Shown here piece after piece: positions 26,059 to 40,251 of a stretch of DNA of 64,000 bases (positions are counted from its first letter, which is position 1; each line of letters opens with the position of its first letter). The notes under the pieces are model-generated. The model did not search any database, was not told the DNA's origin, and saw only the letters and a program-made list of their open reading frames with translations. The translations under genes were made by a program, and so were the position numbers. Origin of the DNA: Raillietiella orientalis (lineage: Eukaryota). Where the stretch lies: contig JAYWIR010000015.1 in the NCBI GenBank assembly GCA_036172245.1, positions 496,001 to 560,000 of the forward strand, given 5' to 3'.

Positions 26059-29000
26059 TTCAACCGAAGGCCGTCACTACCACTTCTAAAAATATGCAAT
26101 TACTTGTCATTAATGTTCCTGTGAGGGAAAGAAACCAACGTAATCTCATGTATTTCGTCCGATGCAAAATTTGATTTTATACGAAATGCAACACGTTTCG
26201 CATGCTTTTTTTTTTTTTTTCCTTTTCTTTTCTTTTCTTTTTCTTTTTTTTTTTTTTCTTTTTACTCTTTTATAGAGAGAAGGGCAGCGTAGGACGAAAA
26301 GATTCCAAGAACTTTGCGTTGTAATGCAGTGGACCTCAAGAAGCACGCCCGCTCTTACAGCAGCGTTTATTAGTCACAGTTGTGCAATGGATTCTGTTGC
26401 CCGAAAACGAATGGTAAAATAACACGATCGTCTACGTTTTTTTTTTTTTTCCTTCTCCGCAATTTTCAAAAAAAAAAGAAAAGGAAAAAAAATACATTTT
26501 TGAAAAGAGTTCACCGCATCTGCTGGAAAATGTAAACACCATTCGCGCTAGCGTTTAAAGTTCCTGAGGTCGCATTCCACGATAAGTATCTGAATCATAT
26601 GTAAAACCCGAGGAGCAAAGCATTTGAGTCTCTTGTTTCTACGAGTTTACTTTTTTCGATAATAGTGATAATGATAATGATGTTAAGAGGCACACTTTAT
26701 GGTGCTTCACTTCCGCACTTTTAACGAGTTGTATACACTGCCTCGGAGTCATGAGGTGTTACCTATTTGCCTTATTTATTAAGGGTATCATAAGTGTGGC
26801 ATGGGTATGTTCCACAAATCCGATAAATGCAGCTATTTGCCCATAAATGCGGTTGTTTTCATCTTAAGAGAACGCACTGTGTGAATGGTAAAAAAAAAAA
26901 AAAAAAAAATCAAACCATCGTTGCTTGCAGTACACTGTTTAGGCGGATAAAACCGTAACACACAAGTTAAACAAAAAAAAACACACACACACACATTAAA
27001 AAAAACTACTGACATCGATAGTTTAGCTGGCGAAGCTGTTAGCATGCTACAAAGCCATAAAAATCTTCCAAAACATCACATACACACAAAATCTCCCGAA
27101 ATAACTTCGTGCAATAGAAGATTGAAAAGGAAGAACAAAAAGGATTCCACTGACTGGAGCTTCATTATTTTCACTGCTTCCAGATCTCGGAACACCAATT
27201 CTGGATGCATAGAGAATACAGTATTCCTGCAAGCAGGTCTCAAGTACTTAACATCCACTAACGTTACAAGCAACACGGGATGCAACGAAACAGTTCAATA
27301 AACACCGACACGAAACGGTACCATTATTTTTTGCCCGCGCCGAAGGAAAAAAGAGCAGCCGAATTTATGTAAAAGACACACTCCAACAGATTCTCCAGAC
27401 GATTTTGTACATGATAAGGTACTTTCGCTTTACTTTCACAAACTTTTCGAAGACTCTTCGAAGTACTCTGGGCAAATCCTATGCAAAGAGAATTTTCTTC
27501 CGTCTTTCCATGTAGACGGTTTTGACTCGGTCAACGAAAGTCTTTCCGAGGAGAGGGGGAAAAAAGAATAAAGATAATGTTGCAACTAAAACTGATCGTT
27601 CGACAGATTAAAGGCTCAATGAAGCACTGCCGTGTTTTTTGGAAATCAAACAGCACACTGGGCTAATAGCTTGCTAATGCCTTTTGTGCACTTCCTGTAT
27701 ACGGAAGACAAAGCCATATTAGATTCTACACATCACCAATGAAATGAAGCTGCTGGGAAGGTTCTATTTAAAAGTGCGCTTCCAAAGTAAGAGGAGTAGG
27801 CATTCTTTTTCTTTTCTTGGTTTAAACTGCTGGATTTTTCACATCCCACTACTCACCAATGGGCTATATTTAGAATGGCAGTTTCCATTGGCAAATTAGA
27901 GGAAACCCAACTTTTCTTCCAGGAGCAATCTTTGATCCACTGGTTCGTATGTAACTACATACTGACAAGTCTTTTTTTCCTTATTTATCACAGCCATGCT
28001 TTTATCACGTGCTTCCATTGTGAAAAAAGTGGCAGTGTACGTCCTCCTTAACTACACGCAATTTCACGGTTACATTCAAAAGGCATATTGGAAAATTTCT
28101 GCAAAAGTATTATTATTATTATTATTTTAATCTCTCCCCAAGAAGTATCTATTTTTTTGCATTCATCCGAGAAGCACCCCCTCCCTCCTCTCCAAAAAAT
28201 AACACGGCGGACACTGATGTGCGCTGCCCCCCATGCAATACAGACTCGGCTTTCCAAGTGCTTGCAATGTGTTCCTTTTTTGCTGCTCACTTGCATTTTG
28301 AAACCGAGGATCCGGACATTCCACAAACAAGAGAATCCGTCACTCACCACACGAACATGTCAGAAAATTCCAGGGGTCACCGCCAACTCTTGACCACTTG
28401 TGTGGGCTTGACCACTTCCCCCCCGAGTTCACATTTACGACGAGCGTCGGTCAGCAAAAGTTCCCATCAACTGACCGCCGTCTTTCGAAGCACCCAAAGC
28501 ACCTTCTGCACTGTGGCCTGCGAGGAACCACAAAAACGAACACATGTCAACAACACCGCAGTGTCCCACGACGGCGGCAGACGCGCTGCTGCGGCGACGC
28601 CGACTGGAAAGAACGATGCACGCTCTTCGCAGCGTGCCCTCAAGACTTCCCAAAAGGGTATTTAGGGGCCGGCACTGTGCAGCTGGGAGGGAACCCGCGG
28701 CAGATGATTTGCCGTTTCTGCCGAGAAGAGCGAGCGCGAGTGCACCGTGCGAGGTGCCACGGACGAAGAAGACATCTATCTCTCTCTCTACCTGCACACT
28801 CTACTTCTAACGCCAGTCTTGTGCGGTGCGCGTCGCGCGAACTTTCCGATTGGACGGAACCACCAATTTGCAGAAGAAAAAAAAAAAAAAAAAAAAAAAA
28901 AAGGGCCTGAACAAGCGAGGATTCTTGAAAACAGAAAGAAAAACACTGCCACATCAGGCACTCTACAGTGTCACCGTTGCACGTCGAAGCTTTCGAAAGA

Positions 29001-29727
29001 AACGTCTCCGTTCAAACCCAGAAAGCTGTCTGTCGAATAAAAATCCATATGCCATCAAATAGAATACGTATCGATAAATACACTGCTTGCATCGACTCAT
29101 TAAAGTATCAAAGAGCAATGTAAGAATTCTATTTGCAATCACCTTTATTCGTAGCTTACGGTAGAGTGAAAGAAGGAACAAAAAAAAAAAAAGCAACCAT
29201 ATTTATCATGCGTGCAAGTACTCATCAGTCTTTACCCATTTTCACCATCAAAAGAAGAAAACAAAACAACCTTAGTGTGCAACTACATAGCAGTTACCTT
29301 CTGAACGTTACTACACTAAAGAAGTAGAGCGATAGTTGATGAAGGATGGATCACAACTGATCCTGCGAAACATCACTTTTTACTCAAACTCTGCTTGCAG
29401 AATTTTGCAACTCTTTCATTCACGAGTACTTTGTTCCCGTACTCCAGGAAAGAAAAAAAAAAAGCCCAAAGTTTCTTAAGGGAAACATGCAGACCATTTC
29501 CTGTCCCTACTGCCCACACCCCCACTTACACACTTACTGGTTTATGCAATCATGGGGCGAGTTGTGGTACTTCTCAGCGTCACACAGATGCACGAAGGGC
29601 TACCATCTTAAACTGTCCAATTTATGAAGCGAAACTCTAACGAAACCTCAATGTCACCGTGATCTAAACGATGAAGAGAAATCAACGCATGAAAAAAAAA
29701 CTAGAATACACAAAAATACGTACACAC

Positions 29728-29728
<1 letters not shown>

Positions 29729-29757
<29 letters not shown>
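29729..29757. repeat. (AC)n microsatellite
   Basis: Uninterrupted AC repeat seen directly. Confidence 0.95.
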
Positions 29758-29762
<5 letters not shown>

Positions 29763-31596
29763 AAAAGGAAAAGGAAAAAAAGGGGGGGGGAGGAAGGGAA
29801 AAAAAGGGAAGGGAAGATATTCACGGTGGAAACCGGACAAGTTTCTAAAAGCATATCTATTTCTTTTCTTCTTCCTCTTTACGCATCTATGGTGAACGCT
29901 TTGGACGCCGTGGACGTTCAGACCCTCCAGGCAAAAGGATCCAACGTTGTGATTGCAACAATACAGATGATTTCGATTGTTGATACAAATGCTTCTCTCG
30001 AGTCAAGTTTTCCTTCCGAGAATGCCTGCTGGGCACCGCCGAGGGAAACATGAGTTGCGTCCACTTGAAATCTATCCGAGTCATTTCTTCTTCTTCTTCT
30101 TCTTTGTCTCATTTCGCATGTTCTGGAGCAGCAGAAGAGATCTGCTTGGAAAATTCAATGATCAGATAATGGGAAACTCATAAGTAAAGATCCGCCTACA
30201 CAACGGGAAACGAAACGTTCCTCTCTTCCTTCCCTCAACGACGGCTTCAAATTAAATGTTTGCCATTTCTTAATAATCCGCAGCTTCAGCTCGCGGAAGC
30301 GACCACAAACATCTGTCATTCAGCACCATACTGCTGGGTGTCGTGAGATTTCCAAGAGTGAGATGTTTTCTCCGAATAACTACGCGCCATACATCCTCGC
30401 AAGACGTAAACAAATAAGCGCCGCAACTTAGAAAAACGGTAAAATTCTTCAGCATCTTAACTGGAACTAGGATGGAGGAATCAGTAACGCTCATCGAAAT
30501 ACGAACGTCCTCGCATCATCATTGGGTAAAACCTCCTCCACTTCCTCCCCCTTTCCCCCCCCCCCTGTGTGTGTGTGTCTTTTTGGTTGGGGGGGGGGGG
30601 AGGGACGAAGATGTACATTTTTGGGGAGGAAAGCACAAATATCCCACGTAACGATTTTGTATACCAAGAGTAGATTCCCACCAGCCCTGGAAATAGAAAG
30701 ACCTGAAAGCCCGCACACGCGGCTGCTGGGTACTTCTTACGCCAGAAGCATATCGCCGAACACAAAGAAAGAAAGAAAGAAACAACGGCGACAAGAGCGA
30801 CAAAGTTCGGCCACGAAGATGCAAGAAGTGCGCTCTACTTGGGGAATCCAATGGTGATGGAAAGGCGTGAAGGTGCGCACCCTATCCCACTTTTCCACAT
30901 TTTCCTCCCTTTCGAAATTTATTTTGGTGCCTCCGTGGGACACACCTGCTTTGACATGGAGGACGAACGGATCGCTTGGATAGAGTTTCGTCCCCCCCCC
31001 CTCCCGCGCTCCGTTAGAAGATTGGTGGTGTCTTCGAACTGCGTCCATGACAAACACACACACACACACATGTATGCATGTATGTATGTATGTAGTTCTT
31101 TTTGTGCCTCATAAAAATTAATTGCGATAGCGTGGCTCTAACCCCATTTCGTTCTCGCTCAAGATCACGATAAGATTATGAACTTTTATCTAACTACACT
31201 TTACCGGAACGAAACTTATCAACAGAATTCTGGTGCAGCCTAACCGTAAACCGGAGGAAGCCAGCTATCAGCTTATCATAGGTACAATGTTTGGTGAAGT
31301 GTTCCAAGCCACGGCGAGACTCGAAAGCATAACACCCAATAAGCGAGGTTAAAAATACAGGTCTTCTTTCCGCTACACGCTCTCGAAGCTACGCCCGATC
31401 TTCTCATTCGCCGGAGGAAAAGCAATTCGTATTTCTATCGTACCAGCAATTTTAAATCTGTCTAAAATTCTTCCCGGGAAGAAACGAGGGTGGCAGGGGG
31501 GGGGGGAGAAGCCGAGAAGAAGAAGAAGAAGAACAAGAACAAGAACAAGAGGAAGAGGAGGAGGAGGAAGAAGAAGAAAAAGATAAAGGATCCTCC

Positions 31597-31618
31597 GTGT
31601 GTGTGTGTGTGTGTGTGT
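31597..31618. repeat. (GT)n microsatellite
   Basis: Uninterrupted GT repeat seen directly. Confidence 0.95.
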
Positions 31619-32149
31619 ACGGGACTCCGGATCGCCTGCCACGATTTCCGAGATCTTTCGCTTCTCGTCGCCGATGCTTGTCTTCCGCGGTGGGGAGGAG
31701 GGGGGAGGGAAAAGAAAAGAAAAGAAAAAAAAAAAAAGAAAGAAAGAAAAGGGGGAGGGAAAAAAAAAAAAAAATGGGAAGAAAGGACGCTTGAATCTAT
31801 CGACGCGCGCGAGATGCCCGGCTCTCGCTCGGCAAGCGAGCAAAGACACTACTACTGAAACGCGGAATTCTTCACCGGAGTCGGGGCGAAAACAGTTTCG
31901 CCATTTATCCTCACCGAATTCACTATGTACTCACTCGAGGAAACAGCTGTCACGAATTCTCCTCCTCTTCAACGGATTGATCCGAAAGCGATGCTGCGCC
32001 GTGGGCTTTTGTGCTTTTACGACGACGGTTGCTGCAAAACAAAACGGCGAATGTTAACCGACAGCCCCGGCGCGTTCGCTCCTCGCATCCGATCGACGTC
32101 GGCAATTAAAAAGTCATCCACAACAAAATAACAATTTACTTTTACCTAC

Positions 32150-32452
32150 CCGATAGCCGCGGAGCGCCGTTGCTCTGCTAACGACCGCAAATGTCACTGT
32201 CTAGTTCCAAGCTTGTGAAAACCGCACCGAAGCTTCGCTGCTTGCTCAATCGATGGAAGGCCAAGTTGCTGTACTTGTCAGGGCCCTTCCTCTCTGATGC
32301 CATCAGCCAACTCAGCAACACTCAGCCAACCAAACCAGGAGACAAGAACGGAGTTGCAGCGAGTCTCGCGACTGCCGATTCGTTTTTCCTGTGCGCTAGG
32401 TACATTCAGCTACTGCGCTTCACTTGTGGAGGAACTCAGCTGACAGCAACTG
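32150..32452 (-). promoter_or_regulatory. Candidate first (5' leader) exon / TSS region of the zinc-finger gene
   Basis: High-complexity island within simple-repeat DNA. Inr-like GCAGTT near 32452, donor CGG|GTAGGT at 32149, and a (GA)n tract ~160 bp upstream. It would splice to the strong acceptor TTTCTTTCCCTCACAG at 26119. Inference only. Confidence 0.35.
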
Positions 32453-32608
32453 CTTGCAATGCGGAGCGAAGCAAAGCGAGGCTGGGCTTATCGTTTGGCT
32501 GCTGCTGCTGCTTCGCTTCCTCCTCCCCGGTGGCTTGGCTCTCCCGACCCCGGCAACAATGCTGATGCTGACGATGGACCCCCCACCCCCACCCCTCCTT
32601 GCTCTCCG

Positions 32609-32629
32609 TCTCTCTCTCTCTCTCTCCCT

Positions 32630-32664
<35 letters not shown>
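32609..32664. repeat. (CT)n/(GA)n microsatellite
   Basis: Interrupted CT repeat seen directly. Confidence 0.95.
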
Positions 32665-32666
<2 letters not shown>

Positions 32667-35600
32667 GTGATGGGGGATGGGGGCTCTGCATGCTTTTGGG
32701 TTTCATGTGCGTATGAGTCTTTTTTAGAGGATTGGAAGGGGGGGGGGTTGTTTTTTTTCCTTTTTTTTTTTTTTTTTTTTTTGGGAGGAGGGGGCGAGGA
32801 GAAGAAGGAAAGGAAGAGGAGGAGATTGGTTTCTTCCTCCTCCTCCTCCTCCTCCTCCTTGTTCCCCTCCCTTCTTTGTCTCTGCTGGTCTTCGGGAGAA
32901 AGCACGCGGGTCTCTTGCGCTGCCGTTTGGTAGTGGTAGGGTAGCGTCGAGAGGGAGGAGGGGAGGGAAAGGAAAGGGAAGGCAACCGCTTGGGTTCTCT
33001 TGCGCTCTTCCCCTTGCGCGCTTCCGCGCCTCGAGAGAGAAAAAAAAAAAAAAAAAAAAAAAGACCGACGGGTTGGGGAGAAAAGAACGCAGGGGCACCT
33101 ACGCGGCTTGGTCCGCACGCAGCGAAGGATGCGCTCCTTCCAGTTCGGCAAAGGGCACAAACAATGCGCGGTTTTCCCGAGCGAAAGAAAGGCCTGTCTT
33201 TCGCGCAAGGACGCGACCTAGATCAAAACCACGATCTCTCCCCGCCAGCTTCCCAAGCGCTGGCCGTAGAGTAGAGCCATCTTTACCGGCGAACGCGAAA
33301 TACCGGGAAGCGGGGAAGGAACGCAGGGGGAGTGTGCAAGAAGGTGACGAGTCGGGAAAGCCTCCTACGTGGCAAAATGGCTGCTGCTGCTGCTGCCGCT
33401 GCCCTCCCCTTGGCCGTCGCCTCCACCGCCGAGACCGACGCTGACGTCGATGGTAACGATGGCGGTGGAAGCGACGACGATGAAGAGGCCGCTTCAAGGT
33501 TTTTTTTTTTTTTTTTCCTTTTCGTTTCCTTTTATTTGTTTCATCTTTTTTATTTTTATTTTATTTTATTCTGTTTTCGAGGGCTCTCTGCGCCCCCTTT
33601 TGTCCCTTCTTTTCTTCCTCTCTCTTTCGCTCTCCCCTTCTTTTGAGGGTCTGTAGACGCGTCCTCAAAAATTCCGCCCGACGCAGCAGCAGCAGCGCTC
33701 CCTGCCGGGCGTGGAACTCGCGTCGAGCGGAACACGAGCCGTGCCCAGCCCGTCGCCTCTACACAAAGAGGCAGGCGGGGGCGGTGTGTGGCAAACCTCC
33801 TGTGCGCCAGCTATCGCCCGAGCATCGCGTGGCGATAATGGCGGAGGAGAGGGGGGGAGGGGAGGAGGGGGTAGCGGGCGGGGCATGAAGAAAAAGGGGG
33901 GGGGGGGAAAGAGGAGGTTGAACGTCCTCTTGAGCGCGCGTCGCACCGGTGGACTTCTTTCCCCGCGCACAAGAAAGGGGACAAAGAAATCCCGTCTTCC
34001 TCTTGTTCCTTTTCTTCGCGGAGGAGGAGGAGGAAGGGTACGAGTTGCAGACAGCACATACCCCTCTCCTTCCCCCCCGCGCATATCGAGGTCGCGGTTG
34101 TAGTCGCGCAGCTGGGGGTGATGGTCGTGATGGCGGTGGCTCCTCGGCTTGGACCACCGACCAACCGTCAGCTCCAAGCCGCGCAGGCATTCTGGGTGTG
34201 TGTGTGTGGGGGGGGGATTCGGGTCGTCGTCATCGTGTTTGCCGCAGCCCCCGGCGCCCCGAGACGACGACCACGCGGGGGACTCGTGGGCTCGTCCAGC
34301 AGTAGCAGCCCCAGGCTGTGCGCGCGCACAGCGTTCGCGAGGTACCGGCGACACCGGTAGATGGCGTTGCGACGAGCCGTCGTCGCAAGAACGGCAGCGG
34401 CGTGGCTGCGGGTCGTCTTTGTGCGCGAGTGACGCTCGCCCCGCGCCCTTCCCGGGTCGCGGATGGCGGCGCGGAACGCTCCGGTCTTCTCCTCCCGCGA
34501 GCGGGCGAGGAAGCGGCCACTGCGAGAGGAGGAGCAGGGAGGGCGAGAGAGCGAGGAGGGAGTGGAAGGGACGGCGGCGACCAGACCTCTGCGCGGCTTC
34601 TCGACGCGGACGGCGGCGGCTAATGCCGACGCGCGCTCTCATGGTCGGTCGCCGTGGAAACGGCTGCGCGCAGGGCGACACGACAGGTCCGCCGGGGTGG
34701 AGCAGCGCGGGAGACGGCTGTCAGGAGACCGTCCGGGAGGGTGGAAGCAGGCTGCTGGCGGTGAGGGCTCTTTCTCCGCCCCATTTCCTTTCCAGAGGGA
34801 CGGAAGGGACGCCCTGAGGGCGTGAGGAAGAGCGTCCTTTCTCCTCTCCCTCCTTCCCTTGTTCTTCGGACGTAAGAAGACACGCGTCCGGCGTTCCCTG
34901 CAACGAGGCTCGCTCGCTCTGTTCCCCTTCCCCCATCTGGACACGGAGAAATATGCACCGGTTCAGTGGGGAGGGGATGCCTTGACATGGGCTCTTCGGA
35001 GGATTTGGTCTACCGCCGTCGGGAGGACATGGGGGTGGAGGGGAAGGGGTAGAGAGGTCGCCACGCCGACAGAGGGGAGGATATACTCTCAGATTCCTCC
35101 TTTTCACCCCCTCCCCGGTAAGGTGCGGATCTCGGTTGCCTTGGAGACAGAGATCGGAAGTCTGGCTCGCCCTCTGGAGGAGAGGAGTAGGTGCAACAGC
35201 GATGCTGTTGAGAAGGGCAGGGAGGGAACGAGAATCACCCTGCCCATGAGCAGGGGAGTGCGCTCACCTATCCTCTTTGCCCTTCGATGAGCCACCCCCT
35301 ACCTTCACCCCTCCTACCCCTTCACTCCGGACTGAAGGAATCGGACGCGTCCTTCGCTCCAAGGGGCGTTTCCAGCCGGTGTGGGGGAGGATGAGGGCGG
35401 TGGAGCTTCGCGTCACCCTCCTGCCGGAGCGTAGTTCCTCTCTCTACTGCCGGAAGGGCTTCCCAGAAAAGGCCCTACTTGCTGGTCTCCTCCAGCCGTC
35501 GATCCAGCGGGAATGTGCAGGTCCAATGTATGTGGGGGGGGGGTCAGGAGGAGGGGTTGGGAATTGTGCTCCGTCCCTCCGGGAAGAAGGAAAGAAGGAA

Positions 35601-38600
35601 TCGCCGACCTGCCTGAAGGACGCGGGACGGACGCCCCTCGCTGCTGCTCAAGGTCACGAGCACGCATTAGCGGCGCTCCTCTCCGAGTGGGGTGCTCACG
35701 TGTCGCGGTGGAAACGAGGGGGACGAGGCGGCGAAGAAGGGAAAGGGGGGGAGAGGGATTGCAGCCCGGCAGGGACATCGACCTCCCCTCCTCCTCCTCC
35801 TCCTCCTGTGGAAGGGACAGGACCGAACCAGGGATGACTTGGGAAAGTCGGAAGATCCGGTCTCCTCCCTGCCGGGAGGAGACGAGAAAGGTGGAGGAGG
35901 GAAAGGAAGGAGGAGGGAGGGGACGGGGTAACGTCCTTCCCTTCCCTATCATCCCTAAACCCCTTTTCGGGACCAAAGAGGGGGTGCATCCGGGCAGCGA
36001 CCCCCCGTTCCGACCTCCGCGGAAGAAGAGGGGGGGGAAGACTGCGGAGCCGCCGCCTCCTCTCGCTAGGGCGTCGCGAGAATTCCCGAGACGTCGGAAT
36101 GCTGGAAAGGAAAGGTGATCTGCTGACTTCCGGGACGCGCTCCTGGAATTTCAAGGGGGGGAGGGGATGCACCTCGCATTCGGGAGGGGGCGAGAAGTCG
36201 TCCTGGTACTGTCCATGGCAACTCACCCTCTGCAGCGGCGGTGGCGGCTGGCTGCCCGCCTTCTCTTTAGCTTCCCCACTCGGGGGACACCGAACAAGAA
36301 GAGGGTCACGAAGGAGGCCGAGGGGGGAGCCGAACCTCCCTGGCAACGCTGCGGAAGAAGGGAAGAACCTTGCTTCTGGCGATACCCTATCGATAGCAGG
36401 GAGCATGAAGAAGGGGAGGGAAAGGGACGTGAAAAGCAGGAAGAGGCGCGCGCTTCCCTTCTCTCGCCGATCCCGACGAACCTGACCAAATAACCCGCCG
36501 ACTCCTCCTCCCACGCCGAGCTCAGAAGGCAGGGAGCAGCGGAGACCCTCCCATCTCCTCTCACTGGGGTGGCAGCAGAAGTACCCTAAGCGGCAGAAAC
36601 GTCCCTCCCCCTTTTTCCCCTCCTGCTGCCCCCCCGGACACCTTCCTCTGCCGGTAGGGGGAAAGCCAGGGCGCAGATCGCTCATCTTTTCATCCCCTGC
36701 CTCCCCCCTCCCAGCCTCTTCCGAACGGGCTGGCGGCTCCGCCAGTCGCCGTGGCTTCCAGGAGGGGGAGCGGACGCGACCGAGAATAGCGCAGTGCTCT
36801 TGGAGACGGTGGTAAGGAGAGGGAGGAGATCAACGGAGGAATTCTTCCCCCTTCCCTTCCTCTCCCTCTTCCTCCTCATCTCCTTCCCGTCTTGCTGCTG
36901 CTGATACTCCTCCTTCCTTCCCCCTCGGTCCCGCGGTCATCGACGAAGCATCCGGAGGCCGCCAAAAGGGCGACGTCCAGGACGAGGCTCCGAGAGGCGA
37001 CGGACTCCCTCCCCCGCTCCCACGCCACCTCGGGTCGCGCAAAAGATCATGGCAGAGCTTCAGCCATGAGGGAACTGCCGGACCGCATCTGAGAGGCAGC
37101 TGTTGCCGAGGGCAACCGGTGCGGCAGGGGAGGAGGAGGAGGGCGGTGGCGGTGTGTCCGTGCGCCCGCTGTTCCCTCCAGCAGCCGACGGGAAGAGCGC
37201 GGATGCGAAGAAGGAAGGGGAAAAGGGGGAGGAAGCGGTCGTCGGTGAATGAGGGATCCCTGCGACCGCCCTTCTAGGAAGGGAGCATCCACTGGCAGGA
37301 TCCTCGGGGAAACGGGCAGCCTCTGTTCCCCTTCCCTCCCCCCCTCCCCTCCTCCTCCTCTCCGATACGCGCGTCACGTGAGAGGGCGCCGCAGCACGCC
37401 GGAAGCGGCGGAGGATGCGGGCGGAGGCCCGCGTTAGGGAACGCCACCGGCGAGCCTTTGTCCTCGCTGATTCGGGGAAAGCGGCGGCAGCGCCCCGGTT
37501 ACCGGGGCAACGCGATCGCCCCTCGCCGCGGCGCGGAGACGCGAGAACCGCTGCTACTGCGGCCTCCTCCTCCTCCTCCCACGCGTTCCTTCCGGCGTGG
37601 GATCTTGGGGAAAGCACGGGGAGCAGGAAAAGCAGGGGGCCAGCAGCAAGCGTTGCTGGTAGACCGCTCGCGTCTCCCAGTGGAACCGTGAGCCCTGCGC
37701 GCGTGAGGGCTGGCGATTGGCGGAGACTCTCGGACATACGCGCGGAGCGGAGCCAGGTGCCCCTCCCTCCCTCCCTCTGGAGGGGGAAGGAAAAAAGCAA
37801 ACAAGAAAGCAGGAAAAAAAAAAGAAGGGACGGAAGGATGGTGACGCGTCCCACCCCTGGTTCCGGGAGGTCCCGGCTCGATCGCGTCCGCTCCCGCGCA
37901 AGAGCGCAAGAGCTCGCGTCCGCGGGAGCACGGGAGAGGGGGGAGGGGAAGGGAAGGAGGAAGGAGATGGAAAGAGGGGCTGGCTGTTTCGGATCACGAA
38001 AGATGGCGTCATCTCTCTCATGTCTCTCCTCCCTCCCTCCCTCCCTCCCTCGCTTGGCTGCCGCTCACATCTGCGTGGGCTCTTCTGGGTTTCCGGTCGC
38101 CGTTCCCAAGGCAACGCCGCGCGCGCGCGACAGTCGCCGGGGTCACAACGCTCCGTGCCCTCTCTCCGGCCGTCCTGTTCTTCCCGCCTGTGCCTTCGCT
38201 CCTTCTCCCCCCGGCGGCAGAGGGGGGAGGGAGATGACGCGGAGCTCCCGAGGGATCGCTGGGCGCTTCCCTGCCGTTCACACTCCCCGAGGGATGGGGA
38301 CGACGAGGAATAAGAGACGTTAGCAGCTGCTCCGAGGGATGGTGGATGTGGGGACATCTCGGTGGCACCCTGCCCCTGCTTCCCTCCTTCCTCTGTGACG
38401 TTCCGCTCTAGGCGATACAGAGATCCTCAGGCCGAGGTCACCCGGGGGAGGGATGGGGGCGGTGAGCATCGACCAGGACGCGTCCCTCTGGAAGAGGGGA
38501 GTCCTGCCCCGGCATTCGCAGAATGGATCCTATGCGGAAGGATCCGCTCGCCCCTTTCCCTCCCTCCCTCACGAGAGGGGGGGGGGGGGGGACGCGGCGC

Positions 38601-40224
38601 TTTCACTTTCCGTGGTGCAGGCTGCGAGGAGGCCCTGCCTCCTCTCTCCCTTGGGAAGGAACAGGGAACGCGGCGAAAGGTCGCTGCTCGCCGGGATCTC
38701 TGCCTCGAACGCGTCGGGGCTGGCAACGAGGAGGGGTGTTGGTGGGGAAGGGGACGCGCGAAGTGCAGCCGCCCTCGCCAACCACCCTCCATCCCAGGAG
38801 AGACAGGATCGCCCTGCTCTCCCCGACCAGGGGCTCCGCTGGCGACCCCTTTCAGGGGAAGAGGGAGCGCGTGGGGGGCGGTCGAGGACAGCAGCTCGGG
38901 GGACGCCCTTGGTCGGCGGAAAGAAGGAGCACACCGGGAGGCTCTAAGAAGAAGGGCCGGAGGCGACACGGAAAGAGGAAGGAGGGAAGCAGGAGGGGAT
39001 GTCTCTGAGCCCCTCTTCCCGTCCTCGAAGAAGGGAAAGAGGAACTGTTCCTCCCTCCCATCTTTGAGGAGGAGTCCCGTAAGAGGGATGCCAGCGCCGA
39101 GCTCGGTTTCTCCGGACTCGCTAAGGGGCCGTGGCAGGGCGTTCCCCGGCCCTTTTTCCGGGAAGGTTGGGGCGGCGGACGGTGTAGCAGCGGCCAACGG
39201 TGGCGGGGACACGTCCTTCTGCCACCCCTCCCCCTCCCGCAGCGAAAGTCTCTCTTTTCCGTCGTCTTCCGCGCAGCCCTCGCGTAGCCACGGTTACGGA
39301 CGAAGGCGCGCGCTGCTCCGCGGCAGCTTTTTTCTCCCCGTCCTCCTTTCCGGGGCGCGCGCGGGTTTTTCTCCTCCCGTCGGCACGCCACGGCTTCTCC
39401 TTTGTCCCTGAGGCGGCGGCGGCGGTGGCAGCCATCTTGGATACCCGCCGCTCCCAGATGCTTCGTCCTCCTCCTCCTCCCCTTTCACTTCTTCCTCGCG
39501 CGCCCCTCCGACCGTGGGGCTGGCTGCCTTCCCGTGCCGCTGCGGGGAGCCGCCGCGGCTGAACGGCAGCGCGCTTCCCTCTTCTGCTTCTTGCTCTTCC
39601 CCGCCGCCGCCATCTTTGCTTCGGCCCTCGCGCGCATGCTACCAATCCTCCTCCTCCTCCTCCTCCTGTCGCCTGTCCGCGCCCTCTCTCGTGCGCGACT
39701 TCTTCAAGAGCTCCCGTCGAAGAAACGTCTCCTTCTCGAGAGCGGTTCGGATGCCTTCCGGGCGGAATTTCCGAGCGTCCGCTTGCACTCTCTCTTTCTC
39801 CCTCTCCGTCCCTCCCCCCTCTTTCTTCCCCCTACCTCTCCCTTCCCCCGTTCCCTGATTCTTCCCTCTCCCCATCTCCGCTTTTCTCCGCCGCACCGGT
39901 CGCGTGCGACTCATCCCTGAGCGTTCCTCCCGAGCTGGGTCAGGCGGCGGAGGCAGCAGCAGCAGCAGCAGCAGCCGACAGCGACAACGACGCGCTTCCT
40001 CTCCCCCCTTTTTCTTTCGCCCTGCCGCGTCACTCCCCCTGCCCTCTCGCCGCCGTCACGCGTTCCTGGCTCCTGCTGGAACGCGCGCGCGGTTCCGTTT
40101 CTTCGCGCGCGCGGAACTCGCGGCAGCGGCAGCGAAGGAGCAGCAGCGCGCGTCCGCCTCCTTTTCCTCCCTCTCCCTCCTCCCTTCCTCTTGGGCGTGG
40201 GGCGCTGCTCGCGTTCCTCGGAGG

Positions 40225-40251
40225 TGCTGCTGCTGCTGCTGCTGCTGCTGC
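40225..40251. repeat. (TGC)9 triplet repeat
   Basis: Seen directly. Confidence 0.95.
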
